From: Narcine bancroftii
Lineage: Eukaryota
Length of the DNA: 64,000 nt
Direction of reading: 5' to 3'
Assembly (NCBI RefSeq): GCF_036971445.1
Contig: NC_091472.1
Span: 203,546,001 to 203,610,000 of the forward strand
The position numbers and the translations under genes were made by a program. A model generated the notes under the pieces. It searched no databases and had not been told where the DNA came from. It saw only the letters and a list, made by a program, of their open reading frames with translations. This document shows positions 62,690 through 64,000 of this stretch, piece after piece; the first letter of the stretch is position 1, and the number at the start of each line of letters is the position of its first letter.

Positions 62690-64000
62690 AAACATACAGT
62701 TTTCACAAGATTCACAGACAGAGTGGCACCATTGAGTACTGACTATATACAAATGCTGATATCTGAAAGAACAAAAGAACAGTGGTTGTTTTGACTCACC
62801 CATGCCTGGGTTTTGGAAGCATCATGGAAGTCACATGTTTTGTTTCCCCTATGCAAGGAAGAGGGGAGTTGTGACAATCATTCGTATGAAAGGACATTTC
62901 TCTGGAAGCAACTCATCAAGGATTTGTGAATTTTCAGCTGTCTGATCACCCAGTTTCTTGCCTCCTTTGTAATTTCTTCTGAAAATCTTCTTTTGTTTAA
63001 AAGTTTGAGTTTCAACACAGGATTTCAAAAACTGAACTTTGGGAATAACTTTCCAGAATTTTAATGGTTTGGGTATTGCACACACATAAACATGTTTGCA
63101 CATAATTGGGGTAGATTTAAATAAGATATTATAATATTAGTAATTATTAATAAATATATTGTTTTTTTTAAAAATGTCTTGGTGAATTTCTATTGCTGCT
63201 GGTCTGCAATGTAACAAATTGGGGGCTCATCCGGGATCGAACCAAAAATTGAGCATATTGATCAATTGATTTTTGATTTACATTCCTTCTTGAAAGCCTA
63301 TTAAAAGGCCCTGGAAAAACAGCAGCAATGGATATTGATGAGTTTTTGGGATCGCCAACCTCTGTAGGTTTGCAGAGGGCAAAAATGGAGTTGGTAGCTA
63401 TCGCCCAAACGTTGGAACCTCCAGGGATCCCAGAGAGTTATAGTCAAACACTATATAGCAGTGGGAAAATTTGGAGAGATGGAGTTGGAACAATTTCCCG
63501 AGAGTAAATCCCTTGAGCAGCAAGTTTAAGAAAAGATGTGACATTTTACTGGTGAGGTCACATTTGTCATGTTGTGGATAAACCTAATTAGGGTCCCCAA
63601 GTGGCTCCATTACCAACCCATTCCTGCTTTTGGTGAACCCTTTTCTAAAGTTGTTGTGGATTGTGTTGGCCCATTGCCCAAGATGAAAGCTGGGAATCAG
63701 TATATGTTAACTGTCATATGTACAGCCTCCAGGTTTCCACAAGCAATACTGCTTAGAAATATTAAAGATAAAACTGTGTCATGAGCTCTTATGACATTTT
63801 TCACTTTAGTTGGTTTGCCTAAAGAGATTCAGTCAGATCAGGAAGGTAATTTCATGTTGGGGCTGTTTCAGCAGACTGTTTATAAATTGGGAGCTAACCA
63901 GATCATGTCATCTGCATATCATCCAGAATCTCAAGGGGCCTTGGAGAGGGTCCATTTGACCATTTTGAGAATCAGGACCTTTTGTGTTGTTGCAGGAACA
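62690..64000 (+). mobile_element. Gypsy element: 5' LTR end, PBS, gag start, then integrase (internally deleted; runs off the window)
   Basis: LTR end ...TGTAACA at 63216 followed by the PBS. Integrase motifs PFSKVVVDCVGPLP, SRFPQA, IQSDQ and YHPESQGALER. The left LTR boundary is approximate. Confidence 0.8.
63220..63237 (+). other. tRNA-Pro primer-binding site
   Basis: TGGGGGCTCATCCGGGAT, 17/18 match to the canonical tRNA-Pro PBS TGGGGGCTCGTCCGGGAT, 3 nt after the LTR end. Confidence 0.8.

Noticed and set aside
1-64000. Prokaryotic systems (CRISPR, retrons, DGRs) suggested by many RT ORFs and repeats
   Set aside because: All RTs are eukaryotic LINE or LTR types with TSDs, poly(A) tails or LTRs; there is no repeat-spacer array or operon structure.

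Overview
Vertebrate genomic DNA, most likely a cartilaginous fish (shark or ray). This is inferred from a cluster-type, germline-joined immunoglobulin light-chain gene plus L1/RTE/CR1/Rex1 content. The large majority of the window is a deeply nested retroelement pile: BEL/Pao, Gypsy, several L1 families including ORF1-only (HAL1-like) derivatives, young RTE LINEs, solo LTRs, hAT-Charlie-type MITEs, CR1 and Rex1. Much of the insertion order can be resolved from target-site duplications (TSDs), including a seven-layer nest between about 18.3 and 50.7 kb. The only host gene is an intact, lambda-like IgL gene on the minus strand: octamer promoter (56894-56901), leader exon (56753-56801), pre-joined in-frame VJ exon with no RSS (56292-56651), a 5.1-kb J-C intron, C exon (50827-51155) and AATAAA (50740-50745), giving a 245-aa precursor. 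The most notable new observation lies about 100 bp upstream of the C exon: a diverged duplicate of the C-exon 5' end with its own acceptor, an in-frame stop after 11 codons and an ATTAAA just after it (51217-51272). It could act as an alternative terminal exon encoding a secreted, C-less invariant VL domain.
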